From: Fimicolochytrium jonesii
Lineage: Eukaryota
DNA: 64,000 nt
NCBI RefSeq assembly: GCF_025526975.1
Contig: NW_026515669.1
Coordinates: forward strand, 2,046,001 to 2,110,000
Direction of reading: 5' to 3'
A model generated the notes under the pieces. The model had not been told where the DNA came from and ran no database searches. It worked only from the letters and a program-made list of their open reading frames with translations. Below, one piece after another: positions 50,901 to 61,845 of this stretch (the first letter of the stretch is position 1; each line of letters opens with the position of its first letter). Position numbers and translations under genes: made by a program.

Positions 50901-51274
50901 AGAACGCACGGTGATGATCGGATGTGGTCCCCGGCCTGCTGCATCACCTGGAACAGCTTGTCATATAGGTCGGAGCGCACATGCCCAGAGGGCACGCTCA
51001 ACTTTGCGAACAGGCCTCGGCCGGGGAGGTTGAAGTGCGTCTGGTAACGTGCGTCGCCCTTCCTCATGCCCAGCTTTCGGGCCGCGTCTTTGTAAGTCTC
51101 GGGTGCCATCTCCATCCTTGTCGTCGTCGTCGCTGTCGTTTGCCGTTGTCTAACAATGGACAACAGAATTTTTTTCTTGTGACTTGAACGCGATGATGCT
51201 TCGTTCACCATGGTCGAAACTGATTTCAAAAGAGGACCGTCTGAGCGGTAGGCGAGTATCACACCAGAACGCAA
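47966..51274 (-). CDS. AEP (PrimPol-like) primase fused to Zn fingers and a D5-like SF3 helicase
   Basis: Intronless 1102-aa ORF. AEP motifs: RLFFDWD, KIHVN, LDTSVY..LRLLGCHK. Zn finger: CPFK..H..CHDEGC. D5_N-like: LLGFQNGVFD. Walker A: GCGGNGKS. Walker B: LFCSE. Also IKVLSGND, LLCNDIP and ALWRRL. The true start may be a downstream ATG. Confidence 0.93.
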   Translation of the reverse strand: MRSGVILAYRSDGPLLKSVSTMVNEASSRSSHKKKILLSIVRQRQTTATTTTRMEMAPETYKDAARKLGMRKGDARYQTHFNLPGRGLFAKLSVPSGHVRSDLYDKLFQVMQQAGDHIRSSPCVLCERVPQDGLFRLFFDWDVQVSEVGTDEEVLQSNRQVVQGIRAEVIASYGVGFAGTCLLISQGCMQKIHVNCPDITVTKDIARSFCERLRKRLLEKGCLKAGMEKEWLDTSVYNGQGLRLLGCHKGDCLDLGDVEKYEMRFGKGTFRYAYEPVDSATFVRRRICREDLDDYSIIPEPVPSVTPLCPAAKAALGLATKRTTGTSDVTRTSGKFRNTAELADAAGSVANSSGDHVTDDGLKQWLATEFSLSDGNNVCIDQSRRIPGPGKRKGEGKRVEENVGVIIPTRDRACPFKRGQHKANHVYFLLHRTSLEIRCHDEGCGTRSSRITYDTIPQPICESLDALRSRVLKSSTDGGLAWKADKRSGADLIGKELASLRIEYPQNQFDFDEDQAAVHESGAWLMLRDLYCIKCKKHHEDPQNFLECSTTGKIVLHCLRTLFTPGHPLLTVPSSVTNVLFQGNNNVINVNCATDDGKGDIRDFGRMADFPRSHDNERLDQLCFESLTMGRTDDIAAYVEEAIKGKYAFIDENWYRFTGSYWNKGVTPRAFLTREVSRTYASLRDSYNDRKQIRWLNMIVEDLGNSNRRKYVMADLEQRLRESTEPPVPIDSNPCLLGFQNGVFDSRDGSFREHRQEDYLSYLLPHSIPGRSDPVLRAEILRFFQQIMPNQGVRKFLLLTLALSLEGKNSHQIATIWTGCGGNGKSQLKSFIKMVFTHLLFAEPMVTFLTNEVPDAQRPAPHLVDLATKRALFCSELEAGKKANGAFIKVLSGNDHISARDCNSNKIVSFLPRFIPTLLCNDIPKMSGGGTDLNALWRRLKIILFEVKFVKSPRPECPQEMLVDFDLGAKMERWPGEFLLLLMEVYREHIATGRQLTEPAEVSANLEEQKTENNPFPSWFHSAFEPSAEAEIHAHRVANLFEQHLHRENNDEKLRGPSTKETTKQLKGMNLNVPEKVDRVKGGCSCNNSGRILLGWTLKRTE

Positions 51275-52492
51275 GTCAACGGTAGATGTGTCGACAGTCG
51301 CGGCGAACGACCTCCGAAACTACGCAGGGAAGCCGCTGTCTCTGTCCATGTGGCATTTAGCACGTGCCGCATGGGTAGCTGACCAGGAGAACGGTCCACT
51401 CCGAAATGAATATCAAGCCAGCACGAGATGTTCTCCTTTCCGATGGTTGTCTAGTCAAAGTCAAGGATAGCGTTAGCGTGTGAGGCACACTTCACGGTCG
51501 AACTCAACAACGATGGCCGAATCATCCACCGACCCGCCGGTGACACACCGGCTTTTGGTGATCCCGACACTTGCAATTGCAGTCACATTCATCGATCGGA
51601 CCAAGAGCGAAAGTGCTCCAGAGCCACTGGAACTCCTCCTGAACCTCCCCTCGATCTTTGTGCGAATAGCAAATGCGCCTCGGTCATGGATATGAGACGT
51701 CCAGTCTCCTCCGACCCGCAAGGAATCGTGCTGTACCTCGTGATGAATCTTTCTCCGACGTCCGCCGTGGACAATTTCAACACTTTGCCCGTCGCGCTCG
51801 TCTTCACCGGGATCCTAACAATCAGATCAATCTCACTGACTATCACGGCTGCTCTAGTTCTAAGATGTTGTCCCACCGCGGCAGTTCGTCCGCTGGGGTG
51901 GACATAGGGCCTCCTCCTCCTGGGGACAGCCACAGAAAGACCTTTCAAAGTGTGGTGTTCCCAACGTCCGTACCGTCTCTGTTTTGCCACAAGTAAAGAC
52001 GAGAAGAAGTCCAACGTGCTGATGCGTGATATCCGTCGTGAAGCCTCTTGCAGGAAACGATGATCCTTGATCGCCAGATTCATCCTTGTCATCGCCGTGC
52101 CCGTTGTGCTCGTTGTGCTCGTTGTGCTCGTTGTACTCGTTGTCCAACGTCGTGCAACCCAAAATAAGTTCCCTCTCTTGAACGCCGCGACGGGGAGACC
52201 AACATCGGAAAGCACGAGAATGTGGCCGCCCTTCGACAACAGGCAGTGGCCACTACGTGCGTTTCGAGTCTTGAAGCGTTGAAGCCTACCCACCCACTCC
52301 TATAGCACATGCCGGTAAGACAGCCGCTGACTTCCACACGCCTGAACCTGAGTTGTGCACGCTAGCTAGTATAGCTGTAACTTCATCCGAGGTGTTCCTC
52401 CCCTCCATTATGGTAGACTGTATGTACAGTACATCTGACCGACGTGAAACGCGCTCTCCCTGGTCCATCCCCAGCACGATATCATCCCTAGG

Positions 52493-52690
52493 CTATGTAC
52501 AGCTAGTTCGGCGCTCGATATTTACTCTTTTACCTGTCCTGCAATGGTCGCCCTCTTTGAGAATACGTACGATCGTGTTCACAGATAAGCCTAGGACCTT
52601 TGATAGCTCCCTGAGACTTTGTGCCTCCACTGAACTGGGCGAGCAGCCAGCCCAGATAAATCTGGCCTGATAAGAATATTTCTGTGTCAT
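52493..52690 (-). CDS. Small NUMOD1/IENR1-like helix-turn-helix protein
   Basis: VEAQSLRELSKVLGLSVNTIVRILK..RVNIERR; resembles the protein at 54002-54295. Confidence 0.55.
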   Translation of the reverse strand: MTQKYSYQARFIWAGCSPSSVEAQSLRELSKVLGLSVNTIVRILKEGDHCRTGKRVNIERRTSCT

Positions 52691-53260
52691 AATGGTTACA
52701 AGTGCACCCCCAAAATTTATTTTTCGCGAACCGGCAGTGCGAGGATGAGTTCTCCTGCGTCCGCTGAGGACATTTTACTCTTCTATGTAATGTATCAAAA
52801 CGGAGACACGCACACCTGTTCCCGCCAACCCCCTGAATCTGACAACGGCAGTTATGTTCCTTATGACTTTGAGTGACTTCGAAAAGGATATCAGCGTGCG
52901 GTGTCCGGGAAGGAACAAGCTCTCAAGAATCCGGCAGCGTGATATCATGGCTCTGTGTCGAGAGTGGTTCCTCGACGTGGGCATGCCGTGTGATATTCAA
53001 TCTGGCATGGAAACCTCAACGCGACACGGAGAAGGAATTCCAGCGATGACGCTAGGGTCTGCCAACCATGGGAGAGCTTCGAGGCCACCGAGGGAGGCAG
53101 ACGTTCAATTTCGAGATGTGTCTGAGATACATCCCTGACCGTACCAGGAGGAGGTCCGTAGTCAGTTGGAAGACGAGCCCTCAGCGACGATGTCGATGCG
53201 ATCATCGGCGGAAAACCGGTAAGGTTCGCGGCTTTCAAAATATCGAGGCCAGGGGAATGG

Positions 53261-53710
53261 ATGAGTCGAGGTGCGTTCGTAGAGGATTTTGTTTTCTTTG
53301 TACATGTGTCAAAACAGACACGCATCTTTACACGTGGAAGCAATATGAGCGACACAACCAACTTCGACTCCAGGAGGAACCCTCAGCAGGCGCAAGTGGA
53401 GTATTGCAGCTCTTTGCTTGAAGCTCTGGCGCTGGATGGACGGCAATACGGGGACGCCGAAGTCTTCTCCTTTGTGGTCGAATGCTATGTGCGACTATTA
53501 ACGCTGTTTGCAACAAGGATGGCGAACTGTGATATCACTGTCGATCTTCATTACATGGTGAATCGGTCCGAACTCCATATACCGGGTCCCGATGCAGACG
53601 CCATCGCCGATACGTTGAGATGTTGTGTCGCTAACAGCTATCCTGCAGCGAGATTGCACGTCAGGAAGTTTGCATCACACGTCGTGTTCGGTGTCGGCCG
53701 TGCTGTATAA
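53261..53710 (+). CDS. Hypothetical protein (~120-150 aa)
   Basis: Clean ORF inside the IR-bounded module. No family recognised. Confidence 0.45.
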   Translation: MSRGAFVEDFVFFVHVSKQTRIFTRGSNMSDTTNFDSRRNPQQAQVEYCSSLLEALALDGRQYGDAEVFSFVVECYVRLLTLFATRMANCDITVDLHYMVNRSELHIPGPDADAIADTLRCCVANSYPAARLHVRKFASHVVFGVGRAV

Positions 53711-54001
53711 AGATATGTCCGAGGGCGCGAGAGTGATAGGCGAGTACACCTCCTCTCGTTTGAGAATCATCTGCGTCGGGTATCCCGGACAGACCTTCGT
53801 CTCCTTCCTGGCGAAGTCACGACACAGGCGGAATGAATTTGACAGCGCGTAAACCTGTCATTTCCTTTCGTGCCAATCTCAATTCTACCCGCCCCCCTTT
53901 CGGGCCGCACAAACCTTCACTTTGACCGACGCGTCTGACATCGCAAGATCCATCCTTGTCCGCACTGTCTAACATTTGTTGACCGACGCAAATGTTGCAT
54001 G

Positions 54002-54295
54002 TCATGTTCTCGAGCGGCATGGTTGTGATTTATCTGCCGGAGTTGAATCTGACGCTGGGAAGTAAGATGTTCGCACAGACAGACCAGCGGTAGAGTTCCC
54101 GACGTCATCTTTCCTAATCCTTTCTATCCGGATGGGCATCTTTCCTGCATACTTGCCATCCCCAGCGAGGAGCATTGCGGTTGAGCCATTGATCTTGAGC
54201 ATCTGAGCGAGGGCTCGCAAGCTAGCCGCTTCGAACCTTTTCTCAAGGCCGTAGAGATCATAGGTGGCGATGTAGTCGTACTGTGAGGCCGGCAT
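54002..54295 (-). CDS. Small NUMOD1/IENR1-like helix-turn-helix protein (paralog of 52493-52690)
   Basis: RFEAASLRALAQMLKINGSTAMLL..PIRIERI shares the pattern EAxSLRxLxxxLxxxxxT..IER. Confidence 0.55.
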   Translation of the reverse strand: MPASQYDYIATYDLYGLEKRFEAASLRALAQMLKINGSTAMLLAGDGKYAGKMPIRIERIRKDDVGNSTAGLSVRTSYFPASDSTPADKSQPCRSRT

Positions 54296-54955
54296 GTACG
54301 ATGGATTGTTTGTGTTGTATAGAACCAGTCCGCAGATTTAATACCCCAATTTCTGACGCACTTTGCTCCGGAGTCGCCGTGCGTCACAACCGACGCCGCA
54401 AGCCCTGACAATGACAATCAATTTGGCAGGGCGTCACCTCCCGTCGATGGGGAGCGTCGAGCTATCATTTACCACTAACGTCCTGCTGAACACATCTTTA
54501 TGCCGGGTTTGTGCATGGCGGCTGAGCGATATAAGATATACATGACCGTCAGAATGCATCTGAGGGCATGGATGTTGGGGTCGCCGACTTTGACTGCCCA
54601 TCGTCGTGGTATCAAAACAGTGACAGGTCTACTGCCGGCTTTGGTGACTAACCTGACGCACGACTATTAGAGGAAACGCAAGGATGTACAGCCAGGGTGC
54701 CAGGGCAATGAGACATGCATGATTTCGGCTGTACCAACCCCGCACTACAAGTCGAGACTTTTTTATCCATTCACAGGGGATCAAAGGAGGTCTCGTCCTT
54801 GCAAGAATGGCTGTCGAGTTGCACGCCCGAGGACGATAAACGTGGAAGCAAATGGACGGCATGATGGCACGATATGTTGAAGTTGAGGTTGAAGTTGACG
54901 TTGACCTTGATGTTATGTTGATGTTGAGATGATGTTATGATAGAAAATGGTTCGC

Positions 54956-55248
54956 AACATGCGGTTCGCTGGAAATCCAACCCCCTCATAAGTAAATGGG
55001 ACCTGACGCGCTCTCCTGCTCAAAGATGTTATTTTGTTATGATGGTTTCCTAACCTTTGGTCCACTTATGGTGAGGACATTGATGGTATCCATGGAATCC
55101 CTATAGATCTCTAGTTCTCAAATTCTCCATAACAAAATAACACACAAAAACACCAATCTAGATTTGAATTCTGCACTCCTCATGCGTGAATGTGAGTTCC
55201 TGGGCAGATGTTATGTTGTGTTATGTTGAGATTCAGCGCAACATAACA
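54956..55248 (-). repeat. Right copy of the ~290-bp inverted repeat
   Basis: The reverse complement aligns to 47521-47811. It ends in the palindrome TGTTATGTTG-AGATTCAGCG-CAACATAACA (55219-55248). Confidence 0.95.
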
Positions 55249-56760
55249 AAACAGTATTTCCCCTTGGTGCAAGGATGAGGGATAGAACATTGACGATACG
55301 TTTTTTCAACAAGACCCCGCGGAGTACGAGGCGTTAACAACTCGTGAGCCCGTTGTCTGTCGGGATTCTGACAAATGGCGCTTCTTGTTCAGGGCCCTCG
55401 CCCCACATCATTCACACGGTCACATGTTTCAACTGGCCCGTCTGGTCCGTGTTTGTTAACCAACGTTTACCTGATCTTGACCGCGAGGTGGTAACTTATA
55501 CGGAGCGAAGCTGCCGCAGATGTACCAACAGCAACATGCGGGAATACGATATCGAAACGTCGCACTCTTCCGCCAGGGTCTAGGCAGCCGAGACCTTTAC
55601 CTGGTACTAAGAGGGGCAAGATGGAAACAATCGTGAGCGGTGCCGAGAGGATCAACTCATTCCGGAACGATACCCATCTCCATTCACGCGGGCTAGCTTG
55701 GGGAACACTGCCACCGCCGAAATAAATATTTCATATAAGTCTATATTGCTGATGGTGGGTGGAACATTGGCAACGGAGTGCCGAGGGAAGGGATGTGGGA
55801 GTGATTTTATGGGGCGATAACTGCACGTAGTCCTCTGGACATCCCACTGCCCGAGCGGGAATCATCATATTCTGTTGCTGCATGGCGCATGGCGGCTAGG
55901 CGAAGACCTCAATACAAAGGGCACAGGAAGATATCTACCAACGACCGACCGGAACTTGCATACCATTCGCGCAACTCCACATGCCTGTTCGTTTCCCGAA
56001 CAGCGGGAGGCGATGGGAAGCGAGAGGAACCAAGGGACAACCACATCCTGACGCCCTCTCTGCCTTACTCTTCGTCGTCAACCTCGATTCCCGTCTTCTA
56101 GCCGCTGAAAAGATGCCCCCTCACCCCGTAGAAAGTCTCATCTCTCCACAGCTCACGGTTGTCCACAGCAGCCCACCCCTCCAACCAATAAACGAGTTTC
56201 GGTGAAAATCTCCCATTTCATGAATACCTCGCCCTCTTGTGCGGTTCCGATAGAAACCCCAGGCTTTATTTTCACTAGCCACTGAATATCCACGTCCCCT
56301 ACCATCCTGTAGTCGGTAATTTCCATGTCTCTACCCGAATCGCAAATCGAAATTTGGTCGATGAAATATTCATCTCCGTGTTCCGAGTCGTACACGCGGG
56401 TCAGTGGGGATATATGTGGCGGCGAGGTTGACATGTGTTTGACATGTTTCGGGTTTTGACAGGGCACTGACAGCGACGGGCTGTCAAGGCTTGCTGCCCA
56501 GATGAATGCTGAGGTGAGCCATGGTATGGACGGCGCCATCCCTAACAACTCCATATCACCTTGATCCTAGGTCCGCGCATTGACTACCTCTGTCATCCCC
56601 CTAGTGAAAATTTCACCTGTAGCGGGACATCATCAATGTATTTACGCCTTCTTCCCGCTTGGATTTCATGTCATGAAGTTGAACAGGGATATAACGTAAG
56701 ATTTTGTTTATGAAAGAGAAACCCGGGTGAAGTATCCAGTATCCAGCAGGCAACGGTACA

Positions 56761-57387
56761 ATGTACTGGCAGTATCTCGGAATATGTGTACTATTTATCT
56801 TGGCGGTACAGGCATTGCAGGTTATGCCTCGCGCAATGCTCGTGACGATGCACAATAGTTGGCCTACCGGCAGTCAGGGACATTCCATGGCTCATTCCAT
56901 GGACGGGGTGAAACCTCTTGTACGAGTGACTGCAGGATTGAACAATGACCTCAACGCAGTGTGGAAACACATGAATGGGAAACGAGTTTTCCCCATCTTC
57001 CGCCGCCTGCTCCGTGGGCCCAGCGCTAGATCAGGAAAAGGAGGCTACATATACATGTTCCGAAACTTGAATCATGGAGGAGAACCCGATGACCAAGCGT
57101 GTTGGAAAATTGGCTGCACGGCAGCCAGAGTCGGGGTGCGAAAGCGCCTGCGTCAATGGGCAAAAAGTTGCGGCCACTCTCCCAAACTGATTGGTGAATG
57201 GAGAGTCACGAGATATAGCTTCTGTGAGAATCTCATTCATGCCGAGCTCAAAGCGCAAGGCAAGTGGTTGGGAAAAGTCCGCTGCGGTTGCAAGACTTCC
57301 ATGCATTGTGAGTGGTTCCGTGGGTCGCTCCATGAGATGCAGGACGTAATCTCGTTCTGGGTCGACTACGTCAATCGGTTTTACTGA
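56761..57387 (+). CDS. GIY-YIG superfamily protein, T5orf172/MUG113 type
   Basis: GGYIYMF..WKIGCT..RKRLRQWAKSC..CENLIHAELK..C.C..HCEWF. The real start may be downstream of 56761. Confidence 0.85.
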   Translation: MYWQYLGICVLFILAVQALQVMPRAMLVTMHNSWPTGSQGHSMAHSMDGVKPLVRVTAGLNNDLNAVWKHMNGKRVFPIFRRLLRGPSARSGKGGYIYMFRNLNHGGEPDDQACWKIGCTAARVGVRKRLRQWAKSCGHSPKLIGEWRVTRYSFCENLIHAELKAQGKWLGKVRCGCKTSMHCEWFRGSLHEMQDVISFWVDYVNRFY

Positions 57388-58100
57388 TATGGTATCGCGA
57401 AAGAAAGGCGCTTGGGGTAATGGGTTCATAGGGATTCCTACATTATACGAAGCTATGATGGTTGACTTCCTCAGAGATGTTCAACAGTGATTCGTGCTTG
57501 AATATGCCTACGGATATCTATAGCGGTGTCTTACAGGATCATTGAGCTCTCATGCAGGAACGATGGTCAGTCGGATGGCTTGTTCGTGAAATAGCCCAGC
57601 CCAGAGGAATCCGGGGGAATTGGGCAATGACCCAGTACCGAAGCTACGAGCTGCGAAATCGCTGATACCGGACACAAACGCGCGATATCCTCAACCGGTG
57701 AGCTCCGTCAAAGATCCGTATGCAGGTTGGCAGGCGGTTCTTTCGTTGTACCCCTTCATGATGGGATGGAGTATGGCACATGATTACCAGCACCAGGGTC
57801 GATGCTTCGGCGGCTGTTGCTGGCCGTCGAATGAGACTCCGGATTCATCTTCGGCCGACTTCCTGTACTCAGCGACGATTGAAGTGGACAAGTCGCTTCC
57901 CCTTGGGAGAAGGCGGCGCAGTCACTCACGCGTTCGTCTCTGCTGCGTCTCCTTCCTGATCCACCGGAAACTCCGATTAACGCTGCGTCCAGCCCACCGC
58001 GTTTTTTGCGGTTAGCGTTTGTCCTTTCGTGCCCTCCAAGAAGTATTAATACCCGAACCCGCTCGCTCCTGATGGTTGCGACCAAAGTAAAGTTCAGCTA

Positions 58101-59301
58101 ATGACCGGAAACAGGTTCGCAGCACTCGCCGAAGATGACGAATCTGTATCTGCGGTAGCCGCCGCAGATGCAGCACCTCCCCGCAGTCGGAAGCCTCGGC
58201 GGAGAATCGCCTCGCCTCCCCGCAACGTACGAGAGCCACCAATTTTCCCTGAAGAGGAGCCGTTCGACGATGATGCGGGACCTAGCCAGCACTATATGGT
58301 GTATAGCAGCACAACGATAGATCCGAGCGTCACGAAGGGCATGTACATGGAGTGGCGCTGGCCCCGCCGCTGCGAGGAGAACCCGACGGACCTCACCAAC
58401 CCGTATTATATCGCCATGATCAAGTGCGGCTGGTCCGCGTGGTCCGCGGCGAAGAAGTTCACAAGGAAGCAGAGTTCGCTGGACCGGGCTCCCGAGTGGT
58501 GCTTCTCGCCACGTTTCGGTCGGAGTCGCACCGTCCTCGATCGGCCGGTAGCATCAGTGGGAGGCTACATGCTAGAGGCCGGAACCAAGCTATTCATTGC
58601 CGGGGAGCACGAGGACTACTACGACGATGACTTTTGCATCTACAACGACGTCACCGTGGTCCGGCCCAACGGCGAGATTCGCATATACGGCTACCCGACG
58701 GACGTGTTCCCGCCTACCGATGGACACTCGGCCACTGTGGTTGGCGACAAGATTTGGATCATCGGGTCCGTGGGTTATATGTGGACGCGCGGAAAGGAAG
58801 CGCAGGTCTGCATCCTTGACCTCGCCACCATGCGCATGTCCCGGCACACTACAACTGGCGACGACCCGGGCTGGTTGGCGGGCCACGTCGTGACTCGGGT
58901 TTTCGAGGACGCGATCGAGGTGGAAGTTGGACAGGAGCCGTGCCCTGGAACTACGGCCCGGTCGGGCAAATGGACGCTGTATACCACCGATTTCAGGTGG
59001 GAGAGGAACACTGATGCGAACGTCGTTCCCGAGAGGACGTCGATGGACGAGGCCAGCTGTCGCGGTCTGACCGCTGTCCTAGATTTCTGGAAGAATCGTG
59101 GCGAGCTGTGCGTGTACGTGGGCGACTGCATTCGGTCGCGTCGACGTCCTGGAATGGTGGAAGAACAGTGGGCTGACTTGCAAATGGGAGGCGGATCCCC
59201 GTTGGCTCAAACGGACTTGTGCCAGCAACCCTAATAAAGCCGCGGTGAAGAAGTGGTGGACCGAAAACCAACTGAACCTCGAGCTTCGTTTTGGAAGGTA
59301 G
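58101..59301 (+). CDS. Kelch-like beta protein with C-terminal ankyrin-like repeats (frameshift near 59110)
   Basis: LFIAGEHEDYYDDDFCIYNDV..YGYP..FPPTDGHSATVVGDKIWIIG, then MDEASCRGLTAVLDFWKN, and in another frame GRVDVLEWWKNSGL. Confidence 0.7.
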
Positions 59302-59723
59302 CAGGGCGATAGACAGTGTTAGATTTAGGCTTTAGGCTTTAATTTACGATGCAAGGATAATAGGCATGTTCGTTCATATGTATCCCTGAGCGGGAGCGCG
59401 TCTCATGTAGATGATAGATAGTAGATCCAGCCGGAGAGGCTTTCATCTGTTGCTGTCGTTTAGATTGACGATGTTGGGAACCGGCTTCGAGCAAATCGTG
59501 TCATTATCATAACTTGGGCCGCACATACCGCGACCCCACCGTACTCTTTTCGCAATTCGTTCTACAGCAGTCTTCACCTTCCCCAGAATAAAGAGTCTAT
59601 GCATTGGTCGCCGCTCGCATCCCACCCCTTTTACCCTCAGAGCCCAGTCACTTCTCGCCCGTCGTTGCGCAAACCGAGACAAGCTCTGTATTGTTTGCAA
59701 TGGCCACGGCGACACGATGCTCC

Positions 59724-60737
59724 TCAGATGGACTTCAGAATCCTCTCGCTGCAGAGTAGCTCGTACAACTTATCTTCCGCTTCCAAGTGCACGTCTAAAA
59801 GTGCATTTGCTATGTCCGATAAGCCCCGCCGAACACCAAACAGCAAGGCCAAGGAAACTTCTGCCACAAAACGAAGCATGTTTTGCCTTGTCCTCTCCCT
59901 CACGGGACTCCCTACATGAAAGCTGTGACTGTACAGATCCACCCACACCTGCCTGCCCACTAAGGACATGTCATCCGCTCCAAAGGGCATGTCGGAAACC
60001 GGGTCGTTCATGATACCGATGTATGTGCAGGAGGACAGCCTTCGCTCTATGTTTGCCGCTTTGTCCCGGGCGGCCACGCGGGGGCCCGCAATCTGGACGC
60101 AGTGCACAGGGTTCACCAGCATGCTCGCTGCGCAGAGAGCTTGTGCAGCCCCTAAACTGTAACCGGCGAAAATGACGCTGGTTCCATTCTTCCTTCGTTT
60201 CCGTCGCAACGCTTTCGCCACCTCGTCACGCAAACAATCCATGAGCGTCCTGCCGTTCGTGTTTTCCATAGCTTCGTTCAGCATTCCTTGGTGAGCCAAC
60301 GATAAGCCATGGTCTCCGCAGCGTTTGCTGTGTACCGCACGACATATGTCGTACAGGTTAGCGAGGCAACGATCTGAGCGTCTCGTGGGCCAAAGCGCGG
60401 CGGTATCCCATAAGGACCTCAACAGGAGACCGGGGAGACCTTCTAGGATCGTCGGTCGAAAGCAAACCCATAAGGCCCCGGTGGCCGTATTTTCTGCGAT
60501 CCTGACGAAGGTGCGATTGCCGTGCTGATCTCCATAGCAGGCCACCAAACGATACGTGTCCTCCTTATTTCCGAAAGGTTGCACGTACTGTATCTCCGCT
60601 TCTTCGCTCTCCGGTGTCGGTTCGATAGGGCTGGTCAGAAACAATACCAGTTGAGCCGCATCTCGTATGGAAAAGGACGAATGTTGCTCCAGGAGACCGT
60701 TCCGTCGTTCAGTGTCCTTCGCACGTCTTTTGCCCAT
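59724..60737 (-). CDS. Class-3 lipase-like alpha/beta hydrolase
   Basis: WVCFRPT lid region, AHQGM, nucleophile elbow FAGYSLGAA, AGPRV and NDPVSDMP. Confidence 0.85.
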   Translation of the reverse strand: MGKRRAKDTERRNGLLEQHSSFSIRDAAQLVLFLTSPIEPTPESEEAEIQYVQPFGNKEDTYRLVACYGDQHGNRTFVRIAENTATGALWVCFRPTILEGLPGLLLRSLWDTAALWPTRRSDRCLANLYDICRAVHSKRCGDHGLSLAHQGMLNEAMENTNGRTLMDCLRDEVAKALRRKRRKNGTSVIFAGYSLGAAQALCAASMLVNPVHCVQIAGPRVAARDKAANIERRLSSCTYIGIMNDPVSDMPFGADDMSLVGRQVWVDLYSHSFHVGSPVRERTRQNMLRFVAEVSLALLFGVRRGLSDIANALLDVHLEAEDKLYELLCSERILKSI

Positions 60738-61113
60738 GCTTTGCCCTTGGTGTGCCCCCGTGAACGCTGCAGTCTCTTTCCTGCTGTCGGCACTTTTGAA
60801 GCCACACGCGTGTCGTGCCCGACGTACTGTAAATTACATCGAGTCGATTCCTCGTTTCACCGGTGCAAACCTTTCTCCGGTCCCAAAGCGATAGGTACTA
60901 CTGGTGCAGTCCGGCAGTCCAGTAGGCGCTACGGGCACAGGTTAAGTTGTATTGGCGACTGAGAAGGACTTCCTCATGTCGTCGTTCAGCACCCGCATAT
61001 GGATTGACATAACACACAAACCAACACTCACACAGCGAGCACCACGAACCGGAACGTTGACCTGTCACCGGACGGGCAACCCGAAGTAGAAGGAAACCCA
61101 GCAGTTTACCAGC

Positions 61114-61845
61114 GTGACTTGGAGCACAGCAATGGGACGGACTATTACGATCCTGACCTGGAACATAGACGCAAGGATCGAAAACAGGGCAGAAAGGCTT
61201 GCCGCTGTCGGCGAGACTGTACGGAAACTGGACCCGGATATACTCTGTTTTCAAGAGGTCTTATTGGCCACCTATGGAGTCTTACAGCGTCTACTTGCTG
61301 CGGGCTGTTATGTCGATTCGGGATTTGCGCGCAGCGGCAGCGGCTTGCAAACGGTACTCTTCGCTCGCGACAAGATAGCCGCCGATTTCGAGACCGTCCC
61401 TCTCGCGAGCCGTATGGGCCGGACATGTGTTTTAGCTCGATGTCGAAAATTGAATCTGACGGTCGCCAGCTGCCATATGGAGTCTTTCAAGCACAATGTC
61501 GGACGCCGGTCGGAACAGACACTCCAGATCCATAGGGCTTTACTACCCGAAAACGCCGTCGTGTTGAGCGGCGACATGAACTTCATCCTTCCTCAAGAGG
61601 GTTTCCCCTCACCGTGGCTGGACGTTGGGCCGAGCGAGTACACGTACGACTCGCTGTCGAACACAAGCATACGAGACGGGTTCCGGTCGCGATTGGATCG
61701 CATATACGTTAAATGCGTGGGTAACATCGACTGCCGTTTAGTGGGGACGGAGCCTGTCGATGGCGTGTTCCCGAGCGATCATTTCGGAATCTACGCGGAA
61801 CTTACGCTCACATCTCAATCTGAAGAACCACCACCAGGGGGTTGA
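61114..61845 (+). CDS. Endonuclease/exonuclease/phosphatase (EEP) protein, TDP2-like
   Basis: ILTWNID, DILCFQEV, SRMGR, CHMES, LSGDMNF, YTYD..N, SRLDRI and PSDHFGI; the MGR, HxES and TYD..N..RxDR pattern is TDP2-like. Confidence 0.85.
   Translation: MTWSTAMGRTITILTWNIDARIENRAERLAAVGETVRKLDPDILCFQEVLLATYGVLQRLLAAGCYVDSGFARSGSGLQTVLFARDKIAADFETVPLASRMGRTCVLARCRKLNLTVASCHMESFKHNVGRRSEQTLQIHRALLPENAVVLSGDMNFILPQEGFPSPWLDVGPSEYTYDSLSNTSIRDGFRSRLDRIYVKCVGNIDCRLVGTEPVDGVFPSDHFGIYAELTLTSQSEEPPPGG

Noticed and set aside
51589..52293. 234-aa ORF with TTSTTS repeats
   Set aside because: It includes a 9-bp microsatellite (CGTTGTGCT)n and has no domain signal; coding status is unsupported.
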